A stretch of 48,598 nt of DNA from Leptospirales bacterium (GTDB taxonomy: Bacteria; Spirochaetota; Leptospiria; Turneriellales; JAOUFE01), in the NCBI GenBank assembly GCA_040326155.1, contig JBEQLE010000023.1:1-48598 (forward strand), in the 5' to 3' direction. A program made the translations under genes and the position numbers. Of this stretch, positions 21,001-29,502 are shown piece by piece; the stretch's first letter is position 1, and every line of letters starts with the position of its first letter. The notes beneath the pieces are model-generated. The model made no database searches. It had not been told where the DNA came from and saw only the letters and a list, made by a program, of their open reading frames with translations.

Positions 21001-21853
21001 AAAACCCCATCGAGGCGTAAGCAAGAGATTCATCCGGTTTGCTACCGATCTTCTTTGCCATTTCTAATGATTTCTCAAAATGAACCATCGCTTGTTCATG
21101 GTCACCGGTTTCAAAATATATTTTCCCGGCCCAACCATGATACCGAGTCAGATCTGGAGAAGGCCCCGCTCCTGACTTAGAAAGGGTTTCTATGGCTATG
21201 TTAAAATCGGTAAGAGCACTCTCAAGATCATTTAAATAATAACTAGATATGGCCCGCATGGAATAGAGCCATGCCAGTTCATTTTCAGGGCGCTCAGATT
21301 CATGGTTTATGATGGCCGTATGGAATATATCGTAAGAGTCCCGATATTGGCCGGCCATAAACTTCATATACCCCCCATACTCCGTACTTTGAGAGGCTTC
21401 TTTTGTTTTGCCTGCCTCAGCATAGATGGCACCGGATTTTAAATAGTGAATAGCAGCGTCATTATATCGCTGCCGGGCTGCGTATAAATTGGCCAAAGCG
21501 GTGTGAACATTAATCCTGTATTCAACGGATGTAAGCTTTTCGGCCAAATGGAGGGATTTTAGATAGTGCGACTCGGAATCATCAAGTCGCCCTAAATGAA
21601 AAGCAGCGGCCCCTGCCCAAAGTTCGGCCTGCATAACTTTGTCCTCATATTGTTTGCCATTTTGTTGATATATTCGAATGGCCCCAGTGAAACTTTCATA
21701 AGCTGCCTGGAAAGATTCCACTTGATACTGGACGCCACCTTTGTCAAAAAGCTTTTGCGCATCCTCCGGGGTTTCGGCATAAATGTTCGATAATGGCCAA
21801 GATAAGATAAAACATATGAATAAAGAGTATTTTATCATATATTCAAGATGCAT
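18089..21853 (-). CDS. Signal-peptide-bearing TPR-repeat + CHAT (caspase-HetF-like) protease
   Basis: N-terminal signal-like segment and many TPRs, then IIPDGILGTIPFETL, LPGTLAE, IHFATHG (His), LSACNTG (Cys), SLWQVSD and HPFYWAPF. Confidence 0.93.
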   Translation of the reverse strand: MHLEYMIKYSLFICFILSWPLSNIYAETPEDAQKLFDKGGVQYQVESFQAAYESFTGAIRIYQQNGKQYEDKVMQAELWAGAAAFHLGRLDDSESHYLKSLHLAEKLTSVEYRINVHTALANLYAARQRYNDAAIHYLKSGAIYAEAGKTKEASQSTEYGGYMKFMAGQYRDSYDIFHTAIINHESERPENELAWLYSMRAISSYYLNDLESALTDFNIAIETLSKSGAGPSPDLTRYHGWAGKIYFETGDHEQAMVHFEKSLEMAKKIGSKPDESLAYASMGFYYATAKDFEKGAMYYEMSLKINQDLNLESYIIANFDSLSWIYREAGLHQKSLEAYEELLYYYDDKSLKSAEILNQIGLRHYYLKNYEEAIEAFEESLFLYRNPYPDKNQNYFEEIAVVLLNSGVAYEAAGKTKQATLAIEESLKMSIEKGNLSNAEDSFSFLTDIFQNEFNTEKLISLMEKMIPLYSKPDKQKELSNLYNNIGIKQYSLERYEQAIEYYEKAFLISKKENLTENQAIQLHNMAQANARLSRFDTALDIYLRAKYIAQKNNHALVEGNILNSMGEVYRAWGWYAKSLEYYNLAEKIFQKHNYRDSLVSVYNNMGQAIRQTGKPEDSIVYYTKALELLDIIAKNKDSDPGSEDIKTRALLLSNLGEANRESGQLQEALELYIAALKLDTKIHNLRGITIRRNNIALIHQTQGNHKKALTYFKDGLQYWKSLGDKQGQAIALSNLGHSSYFLKNYDKAIQYFTQAVEIHEELRLTAKGTVRREYLANQISVYRDLALSYFEKGQLWKSLYALELSRAKYLLEQMGDTNVVPDANTFRRFQKTLKKSDRLLSVVTLGPGVFHLILIDRKTIRSTVSYTDKDFLNEFHEKYARQIKRRLKTVQADPFETMIYYYRYLLSTPVRSRSDRQAFDEISSYLYSLWIEPFGGALENVQSIRIIPDGILGTIPFETLRDKEGKYLVEKYDINYAQSITVMQQIQQRQYDAENGVKRKTLIAFGAPVYQTEPVEENEQTKIDNTGNMDGIRQMAEHLTNTGGNTRALYSYLGYDIWSDLPGTLAELRQISKIIPDTRIITGEDASETNVKKLSDDGQLAQYKVIHFATHGIVIPEVPELSAIVLSLNQQSKKNNDGYLTMKEVSKLKIKADFVNLSACNTGLGKVYEGEGVVGLTQAFLIAGANSLSVSLWQVSDNSTMKFMSGLYNLVWNENLSYSQAISKMKRKFIKDEALNHPFYWAPFVFYGGQIER

Positions 21854-21897
21854 TCTTTAGCGCATCATGTCAATTAAAGATTTGCGTAAAATCATCA

Positions 21898-22106
21898 GAA
21901 AAACCGTAGGATTTTTTGTGAGTAAAATACCACGAAGCGGGTTTTTAAAAACCACGCTTTTTAAAAACAAATTACTTCAAACTATAATCGAACGAAGCGA
22001 CTTCGTCGAGTTCTCGTGCGAAAAACTCGACAGACCATCGTCCCTTCCGCTTCCGCTATCGGGACTCAAGCCAAAAACCGCAGGATTTTTTTGTGCACTA
22101 AAGGGG
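21898..22106. repeat. Copy A of a non-coding ~107-bp structured repeat (one unit, extra hairpins and a terminal partial unit)
   Basis: Aligns by eye with 28487-28547 and 31078-31295. It contains the hairpin GTTTTTAAAAA-CCACGC-TTTTTAAAAAC (21941-21968), and 22073-22106 is identical to 31262-31295. Confidence 0.9.
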
Positions 22107-22213
22107 CCAAGTCTGCCCCTCGCTCTGGCTTTTCAACTGAAAGAGCCGCCGCTACCCCATACGTTTTATTTTTTACTTGGTTGGTTATTTGAAGTTTTTC
22201 GTTTGATGGTTAA

Positions 22214-22369
22214 TTACACACCGGGGGGTAAATCTTTTTCATAGTGCGGTGTGGGGAGGTCTAGAAATTCGAAGACATAGCTGTCTTTAAAAACACCCGT
22301 GACCTCTTGCGGAAGTTCCTGTACTTGTGTAGATGATGGTTTTGATATCCACCTTCCAGGCCTAATCAT
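22214..22369 (-). pseudogene. yhcG: Internal fragment of YhcG/DUF1016 PD-(D/E)xK nuclease-family gene
   Basis: Manual translation ...ELPQEVTGVFKDSYVFEFLDLPTPHYEKDL matches the family's 'FKD.Y.FEFL.LP....E.DL' motif. Only about 50 codons remain. Confidence 0.65.
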
Positions 22370-22490
22370 TGGCTTTGCGTTTTTTCCACCATTTTTTTAA
22401 ATCGTCAAATTCGGCCAACTGAATGGGCTTTATAGCCGGTGGTTTAATACCGTGAATATTGAAAATAAAAAAAGTGCCGTTCTTTTTATG

Positions 22491-22700
22491 TCACGAATTT
22501 GCTAGTCGCTCGCCCATTGAATCAATTTTTTTTTCTATTTCTTCTATTCTTTCACTAATATACGCAAGTGCCAGAGTACTCACCGGTGTGCCGCATGATG
22601 CACATTGTATAACACCGAATTTATAACTAGAGTCTTTCGGTTCGATTTCTTTCATTTCAAAGGTTGTGTTTTCGCATTTACCGCATGTTGTTGTTGCCAT
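22491..22700 (-). CDS. Small zinc-ribbon + coiled-coil protein (69 aa; start re-called to MATTTC)
   Basis: CGKC...CASCG pairs followed by the heptad-like tail ISERIEEIEKKIDSM. Confidence 0.7.
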   Translation of the reverse strand: MATTTCGKCENTTFEMKEIEPKDSSYKFGVIQCASCGTPVSTLALAYISERIEEIEKKIDSMGERLANS

Positions 22701-22846
22701 AACCACATATATCACTTGAATTTTGTGCGTCAATAGATAATTCCGAAAAAAACAGAAAACATCGTAAGAGTGAAATATCATTCCTTAAATTAGTGCAATC
22801 TGAATAAAAACAATCGCTATTAATAAGTTTTTCAGATACAAAGTGA

Positions 22847-24545
22847 ATGCCGGTTTTGTCATTGACATGTTTTCGAAACGCGTATATTTATCCGGTTAAG
22901 GGTATGTTTCGCTATCTAATTATATTTTTATGTTTGAATGGGATTTTTGGCTTGTTCGGTATTTTAAGTGTGTATGCAGCAGACAAAGGTATACCGGTCA
23001 TATCTGCCGAAGAATTTTCTGAAGAACTTTCTAGAAAATTAGACGCAGATAAATCGTTAGAAAGCGGCATATGCTGGAAAATCCGAAATTATAAAATTAC
23101 TGCTTAAACATGGAGCGAAGCCCCATACGGAAAATATAATTTACCACATTGCATTAAACAATGTGAAAGAGGTAGAAAGGTTATTAAACAATGGACTCGA
23201 TCCGAATTCAACACTCGGAAAGTCATGGATAACTCCCTTAACAAAAGCTGCGCAATGGGGGAGGCTTGAAATAGGCGAATTGCTCATTCGCTATGGCGCG
23301 AAAATATCCAATAGTAAATCAAGTATGAATACGCCCGTTCTTGCAGCGTGTAACAACGGACATGTCGATTTTTTAAAACTTTTAGTAAAAAATGGAGCCA
23401 AATTTTATAACATGGCAAACAATTTGTTTGCCATGTTGGGAGATACCCCGGCTTGTATGGTTTTTGCTGTATGGAAGGGCCATGAAAAAGTGGTTCAATA
23501 TTTAATCGACCGGGGATTGAATTTTGAACACCAAAGAGATTATTTTATTTATATAAAAACGGACAAAGATGGCAAACAAACGTATCATGTGTTCAAGGGT
23601 GATGCTAATGTAAGCGCATTTCATATATTGAAAAATAAATATACCGGTGTAACACGAAAAAGTACAGATAATATGTTAGGCTTAGCCGCACTTTATGGCA
23701 GGTTAAATGTGGTAAAAGTTTTATTAAAAAATGGCGCGACTTGCAAAAAAACCGGGCAATATTATATTACGCCTTTGTTAATTGCAGCTAAAAAAAAGCA
23801 TAAAGATATTGTTACAGCCTTGCTCCCGTATTGCAATGACGTGAATGAAACAGATTGGTATAATAATTCGATGAGGACCGTAGCTGGAAAACTTGGCTGG
23901 ATAGATATTTTAAAACAAATTGAAAGTAAAGAATTTCCAGAACATCGTTATTCACGATATAGCAAAATTTTAATGTATTCATCGCTAGAGTATTTACAAA
24001 AGAAAAATCGTTATAAAAAACTTCGTGAATGTTCCTTATCGATAATGCCGGGGAATCTGGCATTACAAATTGAAAAAAAATCATTATATCCTGTTTATGG
24101 CGCGTTTTCAAAAGACAGGAAGACGATTACATTTTATTTGGATGCGCCCAAAATAGATAGTATTATAAAATCGGATTCTTCTTTACCAGATACGGAAAAC
24201 TTCTTTGATAAAAAATCAAAATTAATTATTAAACCCAGGAACGTAAAATTTGCAAGACTGATTCCTTCTTGCAACAAATTTAAGTATGATAAGTCGGACA
24301 AGGGAGTAAAGTCCACGCTTCTTGCCGGCAACAACAAAAATATTATCCTTACCTATTTTGATAAGCCTGCCATTATTAAGGGGGCCTATACGCAACAAAC
24401 CAATAATATCTATTATTTTGATATCCGGATAAAAAAACCAGGCTTTCATTATCTGTTAGATTCCATACAAGAGGGTCGCCATACCATTAAAAACATAGAA
24501 ATGAATGACTCAGATATTGTTTATTCGATCGTGTCAGTCAATTGA
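22847..24545 (+). pseudogene. Exported ankyrin-repeat protein split by a +1 frameshift near 23060
   Basis: ORF 22847-23107 carries the signal peptide. The frame of ORF 23163-24545 is open from 23061 and reads KAAYAGKSEIIKLLLKHGA (an ankyrin repeat). Further repeats follow: TPLTKAAQWG, TPVLAACNNG, TPLLIAAKK. Confidence 0.75.
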
Positions 24546-24858
24546 AATTAGACTAAAAGTAATATCGTCTTCAAGGCTATCCGCATTCTTGGAATATTCC
24601 AGAATATAATTTGAAATATACTCGCCATGTTGGCGGCAACCTAAATATACACAATTGGGCCAATTGCTCAGCGCTATTTTAAACATTATTTTCCGGCTGT
24701 AATACGAGAAAGGTTTTTATAGCACTCGCGTCTAATTCTACTTTGACCGATTTCCCTGTAAAGACTTTAGCTATATCGGGGTCGGCTTTTATTAATGCGG
24801 TAATATCTTCTTCTTTTTTTACCGTCGATTTTGTTTAGCTCCAGCCATATCTTCCCCC

Positions 24859-24884
24859 ATTTTGTAACATCGATGTTACAAAAT
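24859..24884. repeat. Perfect 26-bp palindrome
   Basis: ATTTTGTAACATCGATGTTACAAAAT is its own reverse complement. Confidence 0.9.
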
Positions 24885-25280
24885 TACTTTAACACCTTTG
24901 TCTCTTTTGTGATAATGTCTTCACTCTCACCTACTGATAATGTATGATCAACGCAACTCATTATATGAGCTATTAATTTTTTTTGTTTGCCCGGTGGCAA
25001 ATTGCTTACTTCTATTTTGTAAATACCGCTTATAATTTTATCCATTTTTGCTGAGCCCAATAAGGTAACATATTCATCGCTGAACAAAACAGGATAATTT
25101 TTTAATGTTTCTTCAATACGGACGTACAAATAGATTGGCGCTATGGGCTATCTTTAAAAAACCACGGGCGACATCGCCCATGCCTTCAAATATATTCTTA
25201 AGCTCAGTTTTAAACTCATCACGATTGATGTCTCCCTCGATATTTTGGATTTTTCGTATTAAATCTTCTTTGCGTATCAT
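24884..25280 (-). pseudogene. Hypothetical gene coupled to the R-M gene, apparently frameshifted near 25130
   Basis: The ATG at 25280 overlaps the R-M stop (TAATG). A 55-aa ORF (MIRKEDLIRK...) stops at 25113 while an overlapping frame (24884-25129) continues. Confidence 0.5.
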
Positions 25281-28200
25281 TATAGATTGTCACCCTCCAC
25301 AATCTTAATCTCTTCGTCCGTTAAATCGTAGAGCTTATATACCAGCAAATCGATCTCTTGATCGGTCGCGGCAATTTGTCGTTCCAACTGTGTTTTATCA
25401 TGCGGGGTATTTGCCTCGGGCAACCGCTTGTTCAGATCGAGCATGCGATCAACCAAAGTGATCATTTGATCGTGTTTAGCTTTGTCGTCGGAATTATCGA
25501 AATCGATGGTGCGGATGGGGAGTTGTTCCATATATTGTTTCTTTAGGCGTAAACGCCCTCCAGAATCAGAATCCCCAAGAACTGCACAAATATTTTTTAG
25601 GCAAAACCAAGCAACTTTTGAATTTAAAATACATAATAGATATTTATCAGGAATTGAAAAAATATACACAGTTGTTGGATAATAAAGCCTACCTGAATCG
25701 AAGGTAGCTCGTGGATTCATTGCAATCTCAGGCCAGACAAGCTTATTGTTTTCGAATTCACCATAATAAGCGCATGACCTTAGCTCCCACCAGTAATCTC
25801 CTTTATCCCATCTTTTTTTACATTTTTCTTCATATTGCTTCAACCAATTGTAAATTTCAGGATACTTGGCTTGTAACCATATTTCAGGTTTCACTTTACC
25901 ACGCTTGACATCAGTAAATCCGGCTGGCAATAATATTAACCATTTATCCACTGTTGGTTGTTTGTACCTATCTATATCTCTACCGAATACAAATGGTTTT
26001 ATTAACTCAGCACTATTTTTATCATTTCGAATTAATTGTTCTTTAATGGAATTATTAATTACAAAACATTCATCGAGAGCTGTTTTAATTCCATAATGTA
26101 TTTTTCCTGCTCCAAATTTACCCAATGGTTCGCCGATCTGTTTGAGTTTGCTCAGTAATTTTGCTTCGCTTTCATTGCTTAAAGACCAACCTTCATCTTC
26201 AAGCGTATTTATCCCAACATGGTATTTTAATTTTTTAACCACTTTATCCAGGGGTGGATTGCCTTCTTTCCCAAGCAGAAGTTTATTTTGTTTAACCACG
26301 TAAAAGTCTTTGGGTTGATCATTTGCAATTTTTAATATACATGTATCGGTTTTAGCACCTTCAAATACTGGCAACTCGCCGAAGTCGATGAGTTCCAGTA
26401 TCCGTTTTTTCTTTAAAAACTTTCGCAGGGCGTCGCCGTAGTTTGCCCGCAGCCATTTGTTGGCTACAATAATGGAATACACCCCTTTAGCTTTTAATAA
26501 CGAAAGACTTTTTTCGATAAAGTATACATACAAATCGGCGGTTCCGGCGTAGGTTTCGAATATATTCTGGGCGTAGGTTTTGAAATCCGGTCCAAGAACT
26601 TCCTGGCGAACATACGGCGGATTCCCAATCACCACATCAAACCCGACATCGTCTCCGGTCATTATACCCGACCACTCACTTTCCCAGTCAAACACATTGA
26701 CCTTCTCTTTTTCATCTTCACTCATACTGGTAAAAAGGTCTTGCTGCTCGCCCTTGCCTGCGGAATTCACAGAGTAAAAGTCGGGCCCAATTAGCGAGTT
26801 ACCGCATTTAATATTATTCTCTAAGTCGGGCAGAGCGCGCTCGTGAAACATCGACAGCTGTGATTCCAACGTTTCGGCAGATTCGTTTTCGAGTACCTTC
26901 AGAAGCAGATTCAACTTTGTGACTTCCACAGCCTGGTTGTCAATGTCGACCCCAAAAATATTATTTAAAAGTATCTTCTTTTTTTCGGACGTTGTCAGTT
27001 GCCACTCTATAATTTCTACTCCATCAGCTGAGTTCGATGAGCCACTTTTGAAAACGGCTTTTTTATATTTGGCAGGATTATTCGCGCTATACCAGTCTCG
27101 GTGCCAGTCGAGCAGATATTGATAGGCAAAAATTAGAAACGAACCGGAACCACAAGCCGGGTCTAGCACCCTTAGTGGAGTTGCATATTTCGCGCTCTCT
27201 CCGGCCACATCTTTAGTGCTCATCTTTTTTAGTTTTTCGCCTAATGTATTTTCAACGATGTATTCGACTATATAACGCGGTGTGTAATAGACACCTCCTG
27301 CCTTTTTGACTTCTGGTTTTTCTTCGACCTTTGCCGATTTACCGGCCAACCGAATTACCTTGCCTAAAAACTGCTCATAGACATTGCCTAAAATATCTGC
27401 CCCAATAACAGAAAATTCATATGGACTGTCAGGGTAGTAGAGTTTCTTTAAAATTCCTTTCAGAATTTTGTCGTCAATACTCAAATTCGGGGTAAGCTCA
27501 TCCGGGTGGGTGCTTCTACCCTTCTCTTTTTCAAAGTGAAACAGACCCGAGTTATACTTTTGGTCGGCCTTATGGTAAAGTTGTTTTAGCTCGCCATAAA
27601 TATCTTTTTTATCGGCAATATGACTAAGTTGTTCATATGGTTCTATGCCCCTGTCTTCACATATACGTAAAAACAAAATTCGGTCAATGGTTACGCCAAC
27701 GGAATAATTTAACGAACGTGTATCGATTTCGTTTCTAAGGGCTATATTTTTTGCTAAATCGAGTCGCCAGTTTTCAATCTCTTTTAAAAATTCCCGGTCA
27801 ACGGTTGTTGTCCCTTTTTTGCCTTTCTTACCACCGGCAAATTTTTCAAAGTAATCTTTTTGAATACCGTCGGGGGAAAATATCGATTGTATCCACTCCC
27901 AATGTTTTTCATACTCTGTGTAGGTACAATAAAAGACACGCGCTACCGAGGCAGCGTCGGTGGGTTTTGGTTTGACCGTAGTATCATAAATAGCGAACTC
28001 TTCAAAATCGGTTAAAACAGACAAAGGGAGATTTGCCGACCATCCATAACGGCGCAGTTGGTAAGCAGGGTCGATATTATCTTTTATTACAATCGAAGGT
28101 TTTTTAGCCTCCACAAAAAATTTGCGGTTTCCGCCAATGCGAAACGAATAGTCCGGAGCCCTGGTCGATACCCCGCTTTTGTTTTTTACTTTTATGGAGT

Positions 28201-28396
28201 CTTCATGAATTACATCTTTATAGGTTTCTGACTTTCCACTTTTGTTAAACACATCCCAACCAAGGGCCTCGAAAAAGGGGTCGAGAAATTCACGCCGTAA
28301 CTGGGTCTCGTTGTATTTTCCCGACTTATAGGCGTCGGCGTGCTCTGAAAATTTACTAATAAGTTGTTGTATTTGATCGGGCAAAGGCATGGTCAT
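25280..28396 (-). CDS. Type IIG restriction-modification fusion (Eco57I/TaqI-C like; REase + N6-adenine MTase + TRD)
   Basis: APDYSF...FVEAKK (PD-(D/E)xK), GVYYTP, VLDPACGSG (motif I), VIGNPPY (motif IV) and a TaqI_C-like tail (LLCILNSK...RLKKQYMEQLPI...IDLLVYKLYDLT). Confidence 0.93.
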   Translation of the reverse strand: MTMPLPDQIQQLISKFSEHADAYKSGKYNETQLRREFLDPFFEALGWDVFNKSGKSETYKDVIHEDSIKVKNKSGVSTRAPDYSFRIGGNRKFFVEAKKPSIVIKDNIDPAYQLRRYGWSANLPLSVLTDFEEFAIYDTTVKPKPTDAASVARVFYCTYTEYEKHWEWIQSIFSPDGIQKDYFEKFAGGKKGKKGTTTVDREFLKEIENWRLDLAKNIALRNEIDTRSLNYSVGVTIDRILFLRICEDRGIEPYEQLSHIADKKDIYGELKQLYHKADQKYNSGLFHFEKEKGRSTHPDELTPNLSIDDKILKGILKKLYYPDSPYEFSVIGADILGNVYEQFLGKVIRLAGKSAKVEEKPEVKKAGGVYYTPRYIVEYIVENTLGEKLKKMSTKDVAGESAKYATPLRVLDPACGSGSFLIFAYQYLLDWHRDWYSANNPAKYKKAVFKSGSSNSADGVEIIEWQLTTSEKKKILLNNIFGVDIDNQAVEVTKLNLLLKVLENESAETLESQLSMFHERALPDLENNIKCGNSLIGPDFYSVNSAGKGEQQDLFTSMSEDEKEKVNVFDWESEWSGIMTGDDVGFDVVIGNPPYVRQEVLGPDFKTYAQNIFETYAGTADLYVYFIEKSLSLLKAKGVYSIIVANKWLRANYGDALRKFLKKKRILELIDFGELPVFEGAKTDTCILKIANDQPKDFYVVKQNKLLLGKEGNPPLDKVVKKLKYHVGINTLEDEGWSLSNESEAKLLSKLKQIGEPLGKFGAGKIHYGIKTALDECFVINNSIKEQLIRNDKNSAELIKPFVFGRDIDRYKQPTVDKWLILLPAGFTDVKRGKVKPEIWLQAKYPEIYNWLKQYEEKCKKRWDKGDYWWELRSCAYYGEFENNKLVWPEIAMNPRATFDSGRLYYPTTVYIFSIPDKYLLCILNSKVAWFCLKNICAVLGDSDSGGRLRLKKQYMEQLPIRTIDFDNSDDKAKHDQMITLVDRMLDLNKRLPEANTPHDKTQLERQIAATDQEIDLLVYKLYDLTDEEIKIVEGDNL

Positions 28397-28486
28397 TTAT
28401 TTCGTATAAAATCAACGGGTCAACCTGCTTTCGACAACGGGGGATAATTACGAATTAATAATAACGAATTCTATCTCTTCACCCCC

Positions 28487-28547
28487 AATCGAATGAAACT
28501 ACATAGAAAAACCGCAGGATTTTTTTGTGAGTAAAATACCACGGAGC
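28487..28547. repeat. Copy B (partial) of the structured repeat
   Basis: AATCGAATGAAACTACATAGAAAAACCGCAGGATTTTTTTGTGAGTAAAATACCACGGAGC matches 31136-31193 and 21898-21938. Confidence 0.88.
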
Positions 28548-28596
28548 AGATGAAAGAGGCTATGGATGAAAAATTGTCGGTTTTCGTATTGCTCAT
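28540..28596 (-). pseudogene. hsdM: Possible 5' stub of a type I R-M methyltransferase gene
   Basis: MSNTKTDNFSSIASFICSV resembles the HsdM N-terminus 'NFS..A.FIWSVADLLRG'. The similarity ends where repeat copy B begins. Only 19 codons. Confidence 0.4.
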
Positions 28597-28812
28597 AGAA
28601 TCGAGCATAGTTCGATCGTAAAAGGCATTGTCAAGATTCTAAAAAATAATCGCAATGTACACATTTCAGTTTAATAATATGAAACGAATGAATTCAAAAT
28701 GGTTCCACAATAGCAGACTCCGGGACCTTATATCTTTCCATGACACTAAATATAGTATTTATTAATTTATCTCATAATTCGCCTAATATTAGTTGCGCAA
28801 TAGCGGTTTGGA

Positions 28813-29502
28813 TTACTTTTTTTGTTTATCCTCAGTATTGTTGTTCACCTGATTTTTTGTAACTTCCTCGAATGCAAATTGCGTTAGCTTAAATATATCT
28901 TTGGCAAGATTATACACTTCGGTGGTTCCGATTTTTGGTTCACCGTTTATCATAGAAAAATTATTTTCTGCATTAATGATTGCATTTTTGATTAAACTCG
29001 GGTGTTTTCTACTATCAAATCCGCCTTCATCCTTAAATACTACAGTATTAACATATTCTTTCCAGGGCTTTGAAATATGTACTTTATCAAATATTGGTAT
29101 TTCATCTTTTTTATGATAGTATAACCATACTTCAAAACACGGATTACTTTGAGCAATTTTCCAATTCTGATGCGTTGCACAATTTTCTCTTAATTCCTCT
29201 ACCTTTTCTCCCCAGGTGTCAGTATCAATAACGAACCAAACATCATCTTCCGTGGTTGGCTTATAAATTGGTGTTTCTGTCTCACTTCCGAATATATCAT
29301 TTTTAGCCTGATCAAATAATCCTGATGGTGAATTATTACTATGCTGACCAGCAGCAACTACTTCAAGTTTTATTTTATGACTAATCCCTCTAAAATATTT
29401 AAAATAAGCTGGCTCCCTTCTACCTCCCTCACAGTAAATAATAATAAGCTTTGCAGTTAGACTTGGCTCCCTCCGTTGAAATTGTCTATTCTTAATTATC
29501 AT
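28813..29502 (-). CDS. rloB: RloB-family (TOPRIM-like) protein
   Basis: IIIYCEG..REPAYF, VWFVIDTD, IAQSNPCFEVWLYYH and TEVYNL motifs; overlaps the upstream ATPase by 11 nt. Confidence 0.88.
   Translation of the reverse strand: MIIKNRQFQRREPSLTAKLIIIYCEGGRREPAYFKYFRGISHKIKLEVVAAGQHSNNSPSGLFDQAKNDIFGSETETPIYKPTTEDDVWFVIDTDTWGEKVEELRENCATHQNWKIAQSNPCFEVWLYYHKKDEIPIFDKVHISKPWKEYVNTVVFKDEGGFDSRKHPSLIKNAIINAENNFSMINGEPKIGTTEVYNLAKDIFKLTQFAFEEVTKNQVNNNTEDKQKK

Noticed and set aside
21867..22244. 125-aa ORF, and the similar ORFs 31121-31381 and 31173-31367 sharing KTAGFFCALKG
   Set aside because: The shared peptide comes from the DNA repeat. Copies differ by frame-breaking indels and stops, so the conservation is at nucleotide/structure level.
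24550..24858. ORF-like minus-strand sequence (KKEEDITALIKADPDIAKVF...)
   Set aside because: Interrupted by stops and frameshifts, with no recognisable family.
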